This document shows, piece after piece, positions 45,533 through 59,700 of a stretch of DNA of 64,000 nucleotides. Below the pieces are notes generated by a model. It ran no database searches and had not been told where the DNA came from. It worked only from the letters and a program-made list of their open reading frames with translations. Numbering within the stretch: position 1 is the first letter of the stretch; each line of letters begins with the position of its first letter. Source of the stretch: the human T2T-CHM13v2.0 reference genome, Homo sapiens; the NCBI RefSeq assembly GCF_009914755.1, contig NC_060929.1; one strand, 5' to 3'. Both the position numbers and the translations under genes were made by a program.

Positions 45533-46911
45533 TGTGGCATAGATTTTATATCAAGGTGTTTTTTTTTTTAAAAAAAAAAGAAAAAAGAAAAACACACACA
45601 TTATTTTGCTCAAACAAGAACCAACGTTCTGCTCTTTTTTGTAGTTACATTTTTAACTCATGTGGTGCCATTTTTAAAGGCATTACTAATTTTGTGGACT
45701 AGTCTGATCATCCAAAGGCAGGCTGGGATAGTACAACGTGCTTTGAAGTCAAACCTATGGCCCACTGTGTGAACTGTGTGACCTTGGACAAACCACATGA
45801 CTTCTCTGAGACTGTTTGTGTATGCTAAACATGACCAGTGACCTTCTGTACTGGGATTTTATGATTACATGAGATAATATATGCAATGTCTGTAATAAAA
45901 AAGCAAGTTATGATCTATATAACATTGACTAAGCACTATCCTCCCACTTTCCCCATCTCATTGCCAATATCTTAGCCAAAATGACCATTTGTGTCTCATT
46001 TGGACAAGTGTCATGTTCACTTAACTATCTCTCCCCACTTCCCATTGCCTTGTTCTCCATATGGCATGCTGCTAGAATGATGTATTTAAGAAGTAAACAT
46101 GATCTGATCAGTGCATGCTAGAACTCTTCCAAGGCTTTCCATTGCTCTGAGAACATGGTCTAGAAGTTTCTGCATGGTGTGGCTCCTGCTGCCACTTGGC
46201 CACCTCAGAGTCATGTTCCCCTAAGATCTCATCATTCAAGCCGTCTGCTTTTCCTATGATTTCTTGCATGTGCCCTGCTCTGCCATACCATCCTCTTTCC
46301 CTTGGTACCCCTCCTTACTCAGGCCAATCTTTCTGCTCAGAGATGTTTATTCTGTACCTAGTTGGTTGATACCTACTCTTTCTTTAACTCTCCACTCTTT
46401 TGTTGCCCTTCCAGTTACTTCCCCATTTTCCTGACTTCCCACTTCCTAGGCAGGTCTGATTCCTAACCCCCATAGGACCATAGTCTTCTACAAAACACTT
46501 AGCACAGTTATAATTTATTTGTGATGATTTAATCAGTATTTATCTTATAGAATAAAAGCACCATGATATTAAGGGCTAGGTCTGTATTTCTAACACCTAG
46601 TAGATGACCCTCCATCAATATTTGCTGGATAAATTAACTTTTGAATGTCAGGAACCCCTTAAGCTTTTCACATTGGCCCCTTATAATGACATTGTGAGGC
46701 AGATGTTATGATCCCTCTCTTATAGAAGAGAAAAATGAGATTCAGAGCATTTTAGAAGAGCTTTGTTCAAGATTACACAGCACATAGAGTGTGGTACTAT
46801 GATTTGCATGCAGGTTTAATCTTGTACCCTTAACCAGTGGCCTTTGCTAACTCCTAAAGAGTAGTGAGTGCTCAGGATGTGGTTGCTCTGGTTACAAGAA
46901 GAAATGATCTC

Positions 46912-47205
<294 letters not shown>

Positions 47206-50200
47206 AAAGAAATGGGTCTCATCTCAACTAGCTCTGTTTGTTTTGTTTGTGTGTTATCAAAGTACCTGGACTTTATGGAATCCTTCTATACTTCATTGTC
47301 AATCATTTATTGGTTCTAAAAAGGATCGGACAATGTGCTATTTCAGGGAAGCCCATGTTTTGGAGTAAAATGCACAAATAATTTCTCTTGCCTTGCAAAC
47401 ACATTTTTTTTTCTGTCATTGCAATGTGCACAAAGGGCCACGAGGATCTACAAGAAAGCCTGCCTTATTCTGACCAGGAGTGGGGAGCTGACAAGAGGCT
47501 TCACAGAGCAGGTGATGTTTAGAGAGGAATGTCTCCCATTTCCTAGTAGCCTGTGAGGCTCTCAAAACCGGGAATCAAGTTTCCCTTGTGAACTCAGTTC
47601 TCAATCGTGTAGGGATAGGGTTCCCAGGTGTGCCTCTATGTGTAGAGGCTCTATTATACCCTGGATACACATTGATATGCATGTGCAATGCTGGAATCAC
47701 CAGCCCCCAGGTCCTCCTCCCAAATGTGCATGTTTTTTGACCCATGTCACATTTAATTTTTTTTTTCAATTGACGTGTTTTTAGGCAGAGTTCCCAAAAC
47801 ATCCACCACTTTGCCATAGTCCCCTGTCATTCCATATTGTCTTGCACTGACATGATTCACTCATTGATATTGCCTGTTGCGTTCCTATGGCCTTTGAGTT
47901 TGCAGACTGTGTATGGGGAGTACCAGGAGAAAATACTCATTGAAATGGGAAGCCAGCCAAATGTTGTGGAAACAGAACTGGACTATCATTTGGAGTCCTG
48001 AATTTGCTCTTGACCTGGCAGGGACCTGTGACCATGAATGCTTTTCTAATCTTCTGTTGCCTGATATATCTGTTAGGAATAGTAATCCCTGCTTTGTCTC
48101 CATCATGGGCTTATTGTGTAAACGAAATGAGATATGGGCATGAGAAAATTTTGTAAACAGAGAAATGGCATCCAAATATAAGGGACTATAATTAAGAGTG
48201 AGTTTGACTTCAGACAGTGAGCAGGCAGGCCATGAATAGCCTGCCCTATGATTTGTGACACTTGCCATGGGAGGAAAGGACTAATTAAGAGTACAAGAGT
48301 TACAGAGTCATGACACACAGGCACAAAGGGAGAAGGTCTCCTGCTTCCAATCTCCAGCATGGAGGAGTAGGAGGAATGAGATAACATTAGTTGCAGCAGA
48401 GTCACAGGGAACTATACAACAATTACCCAGATAATCACATTACATTGTATTGCACTGGTGTGCAGCAATATGTTATGGCGTCAATTATAAGGTGGAACAT
48501 TAAACACTAGTTTTAAACCACCTAAGAGTGTTAAGAAAACGTCATTGAAGAGTGAATTTTATTTTTCAACAGACAAAAGGGAGGAAATGTTTTTCTAGCC
48601 TTAATTTATAACTGGAAGTTTATTGATAAGGCATTTTATTTCATAGGGCTTAATTTTATGCATAGTAGTAGTTGCAGAGTTGTCTGGTGATGATTTACAC
48701 ATTCGTAATTATTTCTAACCTCTGTTTAAAATTCTCCCTTAACTTTCCACATTTGATGACTTTCCAGATACAAATGCTGGCTTAGAGTCAGCCCAGTTTT
48801 GCAGCCATGAAAGCCAGAGAGGACCCAAAGAAATGGGTGACGCACCCATCAGCCACCTGCCCTCCCCAGGCTGCCACCTCTGAACTGTGATAATAATGTA
48901 CATTAAACTCTGTCTCTTCAAGTCAAAAGACTGCCAGAGTGCAAGAGGCCCTGATGCTACATTTTCCTAGAATATGGTGCATTTTCTTTGTGATTCACCA
49001 TGAGATGTTATCATAGCTTATGGAGAAATATTATTAACTTTAATTTACTGAAATTGAGTGCTCTATGAAACATTGAATCAAGCTGCTTTCTCCTTAACTG
49101 GTAAACACATTTATTAAAACAAAAAGATTAGTAATTTATTGTGCCCTACCTGGGTTGATTCACATAAACCACAAAAATAACATTTTCATAACCTAGGACT
49201 TGATGTTTTATTTCTGTTTGTTTGTACTGCTCTGAGACCTATGCTAAGAGACTAATAGAACTATCAGACCTCTCAAATCCAACATTATAAAACAATTTGT
49301 CTTGGAGTCATTTGCTTTGTGGAGGAAAACATATATTGGCTCTTTGCTGTAAATCAGAATATTACCCAGCATGTTGTCATAGCTGAAGGTTTTCTCTCTA
49401 GTGCATAGTGATGGGTAAGTTGAAAAGGACTGGTTCTTGGGATTCTTTCTTTTATGGTAAGAATTGCCCTTTACTTTTATTTTCCTCATAGTTTCCTGGG
49501 CATGCCCCTGGGGTAGGCTGGATCCTTCTGTAGGCTGGATCCTTCTGTGTTCTTGTAACCCTGACAATATTTCTGAGAACACATTTATTCTGTTCTGTGT
49601 AACTTCTCTTTTACAGGGATCTCTCCTTCTCCAAACTGAATTACTCGGGAGCTGACTTTCAATTTGTTAATGTTTATGGTCCTGTTATGTGCAGGGTGTT
49701 AGATAGGTAGTGGGCATGCAATTGATTGTGGTTAAATAGATGAATGGTTTTTGTCTTCTGTCATTTTCCTCTTCAGAGTCATAAGAAAAGAAATCAATAG
49801 AACTTTGGTGCTTTAAAATTAGGAATAACTTTTATCACCTTGCTGGTATTGGTATCTTGTCATTTGTTCAATTACAAAGTGTGTATGTAATGGATAAGAG
49901 TGATGAGCCTCTGGAGTTAGCCAGACATGGGTTCAGGTGTTCCCTCTCAATGCTTACCAGCTGCATGACCTTGTGAACTTAACTGCCTCAGTTTTCTGAT
50001 CTGTAAAAGGGCATAGCATAGTAGAGAAAGCTGATGTGACTTTTGTACAGCACCACTGGGCAATCTTTGATCAACATGCAGAAGGTCAGTGGGTTAAGGA
50101 ACTATTCAGAGAAATGTAGGGGATTATCCATAGGGTACTGATTATCCATAGGGTCCAACTTTCACATGTGAAAATTAGTTGGAAATCTAGAGGTCGAGAA

Positions 50201-51618
50201 AGTTTAAGCTGTTTCTTTTCTAAGACTTATTTCCTTATAAAATCTTTCTGCCTTGTTGCTGGATAGCAGACTTTTTTATTCCATATGTTGATCTTTCTTC
50301 CTCTTCCCATCACATCCCCCAAATTGTTGATATCTTGGCCAAGAAAAGAGACCTTCTGTGAATATCACACAAAGCCCGGTTACTTTCAAGGACCATCCCT
50401 AGAGTTGTTGTAGGGATTCAGTGAGATTATATTTACAAAGTGTTCAGTACAGTCCCTAGCACATAGTGAACCATTTAATAAACATAAGCTGTTGTTTTTA
50501 TCATTGTTGCCCAGCCACAGTTGCAATTTCATGTGGCTAGAATTGATATAAAAACATTACTGGTTTCTGAGAAATGCAAGGTGTTTTGCAGGTATGGCTC
50601 ATGAATATTAAACACTTCCCTGAGAAGCTGTCCAAGGAATGACAATCACCTGCACCACAAATAGTGAGTCTGAAAGCTTACATTGAAATCGGCATGAGTT
50701 GTACACACTGGTGTATGGGTGATGTCAACTACAGCAATGACATGAGTATGGCATCAAACTACCCCTCCTAGGAGCACCTTAGACTTTGATTTTGTCTCAG
50801 GCTCCTGGGATAAATACCAGGGTTGGGTGTGTGTCTGTATCAGGTATTCACGGTAAGCAGTGGGTGATACCAGTCTATCAGCTTTGGACCACAGGCGGGG
50901 TCTATGCTGAAAGAGGCTATACCTGCCACTTGGCTTGTCAATGGGGCTTCTGCCTTGGCATTGCATATTCTGTTTCAATTTCTGAGGAGGGTGGTGGCAA
51001 ACATGCTCGTCTTGGAAACTTGCATTAAATTTAAGTTGCAAGAGATAGAGTTTATAGAATAATAGAAGGCCTAGAGCTGGCAGGGACCTCAAGGCTTAAT
51101 CTATAATAACAATGAGCCAGTATTTATTGAATAAGTACTATATGGCAGGTACTTCACTAAGTGATTTTCATATATTCTAACTGATTTAATTCTTGCTATA
51201 GCCCTGCAAATTAAGCAATATTTTACCCATCTTTGTATGCAACAGGTACAGGCTAAATGTTTTGCATATGTAAAACCTCATTTAATCTTTATAACTTTCA
51301 GTAGGGCGGGTAATATTTTCTTTGGAAATGGAAAGACAGAACCTTGGAGAACTCAAGTGCCTTGTTTAGCCCTAAATAGTTACTAAGTGACAGAGCAGGA
51401 TGATCGACCCAAGGGTCTCTGACAGCAAAACATAGACACCCAGCTACTGTACTCTCCTGTCATACCTGTTGCTTATTGTGGTTGAGGCTAAGAACTGAAA
51501 GGGACATGCCCCGGGTTGTACAGGATGTTGGGTGGGTCCTCTTCAGGATCAGAGTTCCTTCCATGCTCTCAAACTTGCTGTATGGACTTGCATGGCTTCC
51601 AGGATTCTTAATAGTCCT

Positions 51619-51975
51619 TGATATGGTTTGGCTGTGTCTCCACTCAAATCTCATCTTGAATTCCCAGATGTTGTGGGAAGCGCCCCATGGAAGGTAATTG
51701 AATCATGGGGGCAGGTCTTTCCCATGCTGGCCTTGTGATAGTGAATAAGTCTCATGAGATTTGATGGTTCTATAATGGGGAGTTTCCCTGCACAAGCTCT
51801 CTCTTTGCCTGCCACCATCCGTGTAATAGGTGACTTGTTCCTGCTTGCCTTCTGCCATTATTGTGAGGCTTCTCCAGCTACACAGAACTGTGAGTTCTCC
51901 ATTAAACCTCTTTCCTGTGTAAATTGCCCAGTCTCAGGAATGTCTTTATCAGCAGCATGAAAACAGACTAATATA
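51619..51975 (+). mobile_element. THE1 (THE1B-like) solo LTR
   Basis: TGATATGGTTTGGCTGTGTC..CAAATCTCATCTTGAATTCCC...CAGCAGCATGAAAACAGACTAATA. Perfect 5-bp TSD GTCCT at 51614-51618 and 51976-51980. Confidence 0.93.
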
Positions 51976-52347
51976 GTCCTCCTCTGGTGTTGTGAGTCAG
52001 TCTCCTTAGTAGATACCTTGAATTGAAGTTTCCCATGTTTAGAACATGGGAAAAAGGAAACAAAACAAACAAACAAATACAAAATAATAAAGTTTTCCAT
52101 GTTTAGTTTTAGTCTGAGTTATGAGCAGAACCAGGCTATAACAGCCGTGGCAAAGTGATTTTCCTGATTGGTGTTAGCTCTGCAGATGTATGCTTACCAC
52201 TGTCCTTACTAAACTATTGGGAAGGGAAGGACAGTTTCTGTTTCCAAGTTATTGATGATTGAAGTCATCAATACTTTTATGTTACATAAGTGAAATTTGC
52301 AAAAAGATAATTTGCAAGTGTAGTTTCGCATTTCATGTGGCCTGGCC

Positions 52348-52672
52348 CAGGGTTATGGACTGGTACCGGTCCATGGCCTGTTAGCAACTGGGCTGCACAG
52401 CAGGAGGTGAGTGATAAGCCAGCAAACATTACCACCTGAGCTCCAGGCTCCTTCAGATCAGCAGTGGCATTTGACTCTCACAGGAGCACGAACCGTATTG
52501 TGAACTGCACATGTGAGGGATCTAGGTTGTGCACTCCTTATGAGAATCTAGTGCCTGAAGATCTGAAGTAGAACAGTTTCTTTCCCAAATCACCACCCCG
52601 ACCCAGCCCAGTCCATGGAAAAATTGTCTTCCACAAAACTGGTCCTTGGTGCTAAAAGGTAGGGGACCTCTG
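52348..52672 (+). mobile_element. MER1B-like hAT-Charlie DNA transposon (MITE)
   Basis: GGACTGGTACCGGTCCATGGCCTGTTAG...ATTGTGAACTGCACATGTGAGGGATCTAGGTTG..CCTTATGAGAATCTA...GGGGACCTCTG. 8-bp TSD GCCTGGCC/GCCTAGAC. Confidence 0.88.
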
Positions 52673-52833
52673 GCCTAGACTGACTGACTGTGGCTCTTTT
52701 TCTTTCTTGATGGATAAGACAATTCTGGAAGGCTAACTGCCTTCTATTTTATGCCTTTCTTGTCCTCAGGGAAGTTGGTGGTCAGTTTACCGTGATATTT
52801 GATCATGAAGTTGGTGTATTATTCTGTGATTGA

Positions 52834-53046
<213 letters not shown>

Positions 53047-53904
53047 TAATAAGTTTGCATTATAATATTTAGACATTAGCCTTTGTCGAGCAAATGTTTT
53101 CAGTATCATAGCTAAGGGGCTAAAATTAATATTTCAGTTATATAACATGTAGAACATTATGGTGTTGCAAGTGAATTTCATGCACCATCCCCTTCTCTCT
53201 CTCTCACCACCTTTTTTCTCTCTATTGCTTATTCACTGCATTCCTATCTTTATATTCTCTTCTTTCTGAAATGTAACTTTCTACATAGATGATATTAATG
53301 CAGAGTAAGCATTTATATTTATTAATTGTTTAAGACTTTTTTGAAAAACTGTTTCTGAGATTACAAGCAATGACACTGTGCTTGAAATCCCAGAAACATC
53401 TTTAAACATGCACACTCCGCTGCTCAGGGCTTGTGTACAAGATAGCACATGGGCAAGGACGCACCAACTTCTTTGAATCCATAAGTCAGCAGTGTGCATA
53501 TTTCACTGTAAAGAGTAATCATGGTGAGATGTTCACCGTCAGGAAGTAAATGACCAAATTTATTATTGATTAGTAAAGTGCTACATTTTGAGGCATCTTT
53601 CCTTTCTTTTCTTCTGCATCCATTGGACAGGTCATCTTGTTTCAACTCTTAGCTCTGTATTGACCTCCAAATCTTAGTTACTATCACATACTTCTCAGCT
53701 ATTATCAAATTCATTAGGTTGAACAGCTTCTGAGCCATTAGCTCTGCTGCCAGGAGGCAAGAGAAATTTTCTACGAAGTAACTCATGTTACGTTTCTGCA
53801 CATACATTTCATCCGGTTAGCTTATGTCAAAGCAACTTCCAGGAACAGATCCACAAGCAGATTTTATCCTCACCATCATCATAATAAATTTTGAGATGTT
53901 TATC

Positions 53905-54678
53905 TCACCATTGTTATCATCATCACCCTCTCCATCACCCTCTGCATCATATTCACCAACACCCTCTCCATCAACCTCTCCATCATCATCTCCATCACCC
54001 TCTCTATCATCCTCACCATCATCCTCACCAACACCCTCTCCATCATCATCTCCATCATCCTCACCAACACCCTCTCCATCACCCTGTCCATCATCATCTC
54101 CATCACCCTCTCCATCACCCTCAGCATCACCCTCTCCATCACCCTATTCATCATCCTCTCCATCATCCTCATCATCACTCTCTCCATCATCATCTCCATC
54201 ACCCTCTCCATCATCCTCTCTATCACCCTCTCCATCATCCTCACCATCACCCTCTCCATCATCCTCACCATCACCCTCTCCATCACCTTCTCCATCATCC
54301 TCTCCATCACCCTCTCCATCATCATCTGTCACCATCTCCATCATCCTCACCATCACCCTCTCCATCAACTTCTCCGTCATCCTCTCCATCATCTCCATCA
54401 CCCTCTCCATCATCCTCATCATCACTCTCTCCATCATCATCTCCATCATCCTCATCATCACTCTCTCCATCATCATCTCCATCATCCTCTCCATCACCCT
54501 CTCCATCATCTCTCCATCATCTTCACCATTGCCCTTTCCATCACCTTCATCATCCTCACCATCACCCTCTCCATCATCATCTCCATCACCATCTCCATCA
54601 TCCTCACCATCAACCTTTCCATCACCTTCTCCATCATCCTCTCCATCATCATCTTCATTATCATCTCCATCATCCTCC
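53905..54678. repeat. Degenerate 12-bp tandem array (CCATCACCCTCT / CCATCATCCTCA / CCATCATCATCT), ~770 bp
   Basis: Directly visible. Almost no G on the + strand. Confidence 0.95.
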
Positions 54679-57069
54679 CTATTGTCCTTACCGTTATTGT
54701 CATGTCTGCCAATTTTTGAGCCCTGACTATATGCCAAAAAATGTGCTAAGTACATTTCCTAACTATTTCATGCTATTCTGTAAGGTAAGTATTGTTATCT
54801 CTTCTTTACAAATATACACTTGAATCTCAAGAAAGTAAAATTATTTTTAAAAAGTCCCAATTGCCACTAAGTGGCTGCATTGGAATAAGATGCTGCTTCT
54901 GTTTGACTCTGAAGCCCATGCTAAGTGTGATTATACAATTATACAATTTGTTCTTTTTCTGACTACCCCCACCCACCCTTTCCCAGGCTTGTTGAGGAGG
55001 GATAAAACAAATACAAGGCCTGACAGATGTGAATGAATGCTGGCCAGCTTGAGCATGTTCAGACAAATCACAATTGGAATTTAGGTTATCTATCTGAAAA
55101 AAAGACAGCTGAATGAAATTATGGTTAATGCATCTTATAGTCAAAACTTCTATGATTTTCTGACCTCTCTGCTAACCACCTTGGAAAACAGCAATAACAT
55201 CTTTGACTTTTCCTTAAATTTCTCCCTGATAATAACTATGACATCTTTCTTGCTTTATAGTTTGCAATGTACCTTTGTATGTTTTAATAACCATAGTAAT
55301 AGCAATAGCTGTCACCTATTTGGCACTCATTTAATCTTCATGGCAGCTCTAAAGGTTTGTTCTTAACCACAAGCTTGTGAGGGGCCTAGTACATGTATTA
55401 ATGCTGCTACATATAATGTAAGTGATTCATCCAGGATCACCCAGGTACAAGGTCACCCAGCAGCTGGACCAGCTGGGACTCTGACCTAGTTTTTTCAATC
55501 TAGAACTCACAATATTTCCATTAAACACGGTTGCCCCTCCAGTAGTGTCCTATTTCACTTTACTGAAACTTACCTGTGTATCATAATACAATTCACTGTA
55601 GTATGGCAATTCCTCTAATACTTAGTTCCTTATTTCTTGTGTTTCTAACCTAACAATAGAAACATGTATTAGGAATCAGGAGTACCCTGGGTAGGTTAAG
55701 TCAGCCAGCATATAGTCAGGAACACATCAAAAGGGAATGGACATTACTTATATGGGGTGTCTTCTTTCCCCACTCCTGAATTGACATTCTGGTCTTGGAT
55801 CACTGCTACTGAAAAGACAATATGCTGAGAGCAGAAATCTTTGAATGGTGCTTCACTTTTATTCCAGAGTAGTACAGTTGTTTCTTTTGTTTTAATTTAA
55901 TTCTTCAATTGAACTCTCTTGTTATTGGGATTAAAACCATTGTAACTTGCCCCAGTTTTTGATCATTTTGCTCTTTGAAGACATGATAGTACTGAATTTT
56001 CTAATTTCAGGGATGAAGGAATTATAATGAAATCTGATGTGTTAGAAAAGTGAATCTTAACCAGAGAGGCTGACCTCTTAGAGGGCATATTATCTGAATT
56101 TTGGAGACAGAAGGTGAGAGGGCAGAGGGAGTACCAATTGAAGAATAAAACATATTCAGTATTCTAAAATAATATTATAACAGTAATGGAAAGTAATGAA
56201 TATTATTCTGTTAACTAAGTTGTGGAAAGTCAAGCTTTATAAAAATCTCCTTTACTAGTAGGGCATAAGAGTTAAATGCTCCCAACAAGATGGGCATTCC
56301 TCTCTCAGGGTCAGAGTTTGAGAATGTCTGATGGGATGGGCCACGTTCAAGAGAAAAATATAGGCATGTTCTCAGACACATCATTTGTAATAGACAATAG
56401 AAAAAACTAAAGCGACATCAAAGAGAGTGTGGCTGCATAAAGTATTATATCATAGAATGGGATATTATTGAGCCATTGATGTGAATGAACATATGTGTTG
56501 ATATTGGAATTTCTCCAATATACATTTTAAGTTGAAACAACAACAATGTGAAGAACACAATGAATAGTATGAATCTTTTGGTATAAAAAGCAATGACCCC
56601 CCACCAAAACCCTATAAAAACTGTAAACATCTCTCATTCTTTCCCCCCTTCAATTATATACCTCTCTCTCTCTCTCTCTCTCTCTTTCTCCTGTGCTATA
56701 CATGTAGACAGACTTTTTTCTTCTTTTGGAAGGACAAACAAGAATTCTTCTAGTAGAATTATTTGGAAAGAGAGACTGCAGGGAGAGAAACTTAAACTTT
56801 CATTTTGTACCTTTTTGCTTTTTGAAAATTGTCAAACTAATTATCCCCTTCTTTGTTCAACAAATACTTAAAAGGCTACTGTGTCCCAGTCAGTATAATA
56901 ATCTCTATAAGATTGGCCAGATCCCAACTCTTAGAAAGTTAAATCTAGTGAGGAAACAAACAGTAATAAGAAAATATGCAAAAGATAATTCCAGAAATAT
57001 CCAAGAGCTAATACAAATTTAAAGGTTATTAGATAATGGTTAATAGGGAGAGGCCACTTTAAATAGCAT

Positions 57070-57555
57070 AGTAGTTAGCCAGTACTCCTTAAATGCTACA
57101 TAAACAACATCACCACCAACAAAAAACGTCCCCAAACATAGTGCCTTTTGACAAGCATTTATTATCAGGCTGAATTCTGCAGGTCAACTGTGGCTCAGAT
57201 AATTGAGGTTGGGCTTGGCTGGCCAGAACTGTTTTGAGCTGTGGGTCATCTGTGCTCGTAGGTTGCAGGCTGAACTCAGATCTGCTCTGCATTTGTTCAT
57301 TCTGGAGGCTGAAAGGTCAGCAGCTGTTCAGGAGGCACTTTTCATGGCAGATCAAAAGAAATCACAGAGTACAAAGGTGCCAAGCCAAACTGCTGGAGCC
57401 CATTGAAAACCTTTGCTGGCATCATGTCTGCTGATGTCCCAGTGGCCAGAGGGGGTCACAAGACCAACCTCCGCATCTGTAGGGTGGGGAATTATACTCC
57501 ATTCATGGGGACAGTACATGGAAGTGAGTGTTTTCTGTAAAAAATTGACACCATC
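57070..57555 (-). mobile_element. Old MaLR LTR (MLT1G/H-like)
   Basis: CCCCAAACATAGTG..AAGCATTTATTAT..GGGCTTGGCTGG..CATGGCAG..CCAGTGGCCAGAG..GGGGAATTATACTCCA. Confidence 0.6.
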
Positions 57556-57814
57556 AGTCAAGGCCTCTCTGATAGTTGAGTTGGGAAATGAACAACAGCA
57601 AGACAGCCATGCTAAGACCATGATAAGATCTGGGGGGAGGCAGAGGAAATCATTCTGGGCAGCAAAAACAATAAATACCTAGAATTACTATCTACATTCT
57701 CAACTTCAACTGATTGACTCGATTGGAAGCCATCTTTTCTTTAAAGTTTTCTATAAAAATAAACTCTAATAAATGTTGTTTCAAAAGAGAGTAGCATGGG
57801 TTAAACATGTCTAA

Positions 57815-58080
57815 GATGCGTGTAATCTCAGTGCTTTGGGAGGTTGAGGTGGGAAGATCACTTGAGGCCAGTAGCTCAAGACCAGCCTGGGGAACATAGT
57901 GAACCCCCATCTCTACAAAAAAATTTAAAGATTAGCAAGCATGGTGGCATGCACCTGTTAGTCCAAGTTACTTGGGGGGCTGAGGTGGGAGGATCACTTG
58001 AGCCCAGGATGTTGAGGCTCCAGTAAGCTGTGATTGTGCCAGTGTACTGCAGTCTGGGCAATAGGGCAAGACCCTGTCGA
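57815..58080 (+). mobile_element. AluJ-type element
   Basis: TGTAATCTCAGTGCTTTGGGAGG..GATCACTTGAGGCC..GGATCACTTGAGCCCAGG..GCAAGACCCTGTC. Confidence 0.9.
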
Positions 58081-58277
58081 AAGAAAGAAAGAGAAAGAAA
58101 GAAAGAAAAAGGAAGGAAGGAAGAAGGAAGGAAGGGAAGGAAGGGAAAGAGAGAGGGAGGGAGGGAGGAAGGAAGGAAGGAAAAAGAGAAGGAGGGGAAG
58201 GAGGGGAAGGAAGTGAAGGAAGGGAAAGAGGGAGGAGGGAGGGTGGGAGGGAGGAAGGAAGGAAGGAAGGAAGGAAT
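58078..58277. repeat. Alu-tail-derived polypurine (GAAA/GGAA/GGGA)n tract, ~200 bp
   Basis: Nearly pure A/G directly after the Alu. Confidence 0.93.
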
Positions 58278-59489
58278 GAAGACTTATGAATCTGAAGCCA
58301 TATAGGCAATCTAATATAATCTAATATAATCTTCTACAGAGAAGAGAAATTATGATCATTAAAGTAACAGGACACAAAATTGAACTTTTCTTCTGAGGCA
58401 TCAGGATGCAACTGATGCTGCATTCCAAAGGAAGTGCTGGACCATATGCAGTATTTCAAAGTGAGTAACCAAAAATCAATTGGATAATCGTTAAACCTCC
58501 CACTCACATGGAGGAGTAATTAAAAAAACAAAAACAATAAAGAGATAGTTTTGTAAGGATTTTCTTGAAAATGCTGTGCTGGGATTCCCAGCTCCTCCCC
58601 ACCACCATCAAATCCAGCAAGAAGTCTTTGGTGGTACCTCCTGGGAAGAAATTAAGCTGTGGTTGGCGAAGCTGAACTCACACCTGAGAACACTCAAGCA
58701 GCCTGTGAAGGAGACAGCTGTGCCTGGGCGTGACTGCATTTCCTCTTATGGGCTCAGAAGTGTATGAGTCCTAGAGCCAGATACAGAACTTGTATCTGCT
58801 GGCCTTGGGTCATTTTAAAGGGATCCTACCCATCAGGGTGAGGGGACTTGGACTGGAAGAGGCTGGGTTGTTCCTCTAGGGGTAGAAGATGTGAAAGGTA
58901 GAAACCAAGGGGAACTGCAATGGAGGCACCTAGAAGGGAGAAGCCATAACTGTTATCATGAGAGATAGAGGGTGCATTAAAAACCTGCTAGTCTCAGGGA
59001 ACAGGAAGCCATCAAAGGATAGTCCAATCCACATACATTCATCCCTCTTACTCTCCATGCTTTCCCATGTACACTTGAACAGCTCACACAGCGGCTACCT
59101 GAAGAAGAAGGGAGTAAGCAAAGAAGAAAGCTGAAGCGCACCACATCCCTTCTTCAATGGCAGCTGTCTATAGCTGGCTGTAGCTGGGGGTGTGTTGGAG
59201 AGGGAAGGGGCCCTGGCTTTGATAGAAGAATGGACTATGTGTTTACCTGCTAGACTAGCTATGGTAATTCCTCAATCAAATCCAATATTGAGTGAGAATG
59301 ATGAAAAAGCTTCCTAAGAATGATTAGAAATGCCATTTGATTGCCTGCATTTTTATCTGGGGTACCCTTCTGCAAAATCACAAAGCAGATTTTAGGGGTA
59401 GAGCTAATAAAAAATAAATTCACTTTCATGAATATGTCCCTTTGAATCTTGTCCGACCTACACATTACATTAAGAATTACCAGAAGATG

Positions 59490-59700
59490 GCAATTGAAGC
59501 ATTGTGTTAGGGATTTTATAGATATTATCTTACTCACTAGAACTCTATAAGGTAATTACAGTTGTCACCATTTTACAGATGAGCAAATTAAAACCAAGGG
59601 AGTCTGAGTGATTGTCCAGGGTCACAGAACAGTGCATGTCAAAGCTAGGATTCAAACCAACTCCATTTCACCTGACTCCAGAGTCGATGCTCTTAGTGGA
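59490..59700 (-). mobile_element. MIR SINE
   Basis: CCATTTTACAGATGAGCAAATT..GTCCAGGGTCACAG..GCTAGGATTCAAACC. Confidence 0.7.

Noticed and set aside
47750-47900. Possible acceptor TTTTTTTTTTCAATTGACGTGTTTTTAG|GC
   Set aside because: No convincing donor or coding signal downstream.
53824-54823. 300-aa Ser/Pro and 310-aa His-rich ORFs as real genes (mucin/extensin/HRG-like)
   Set aside because: They are translations of a simple 12-mer repeat that cannot form stop codons. There is no exon or promoter context. Kept only as a repeat finding.
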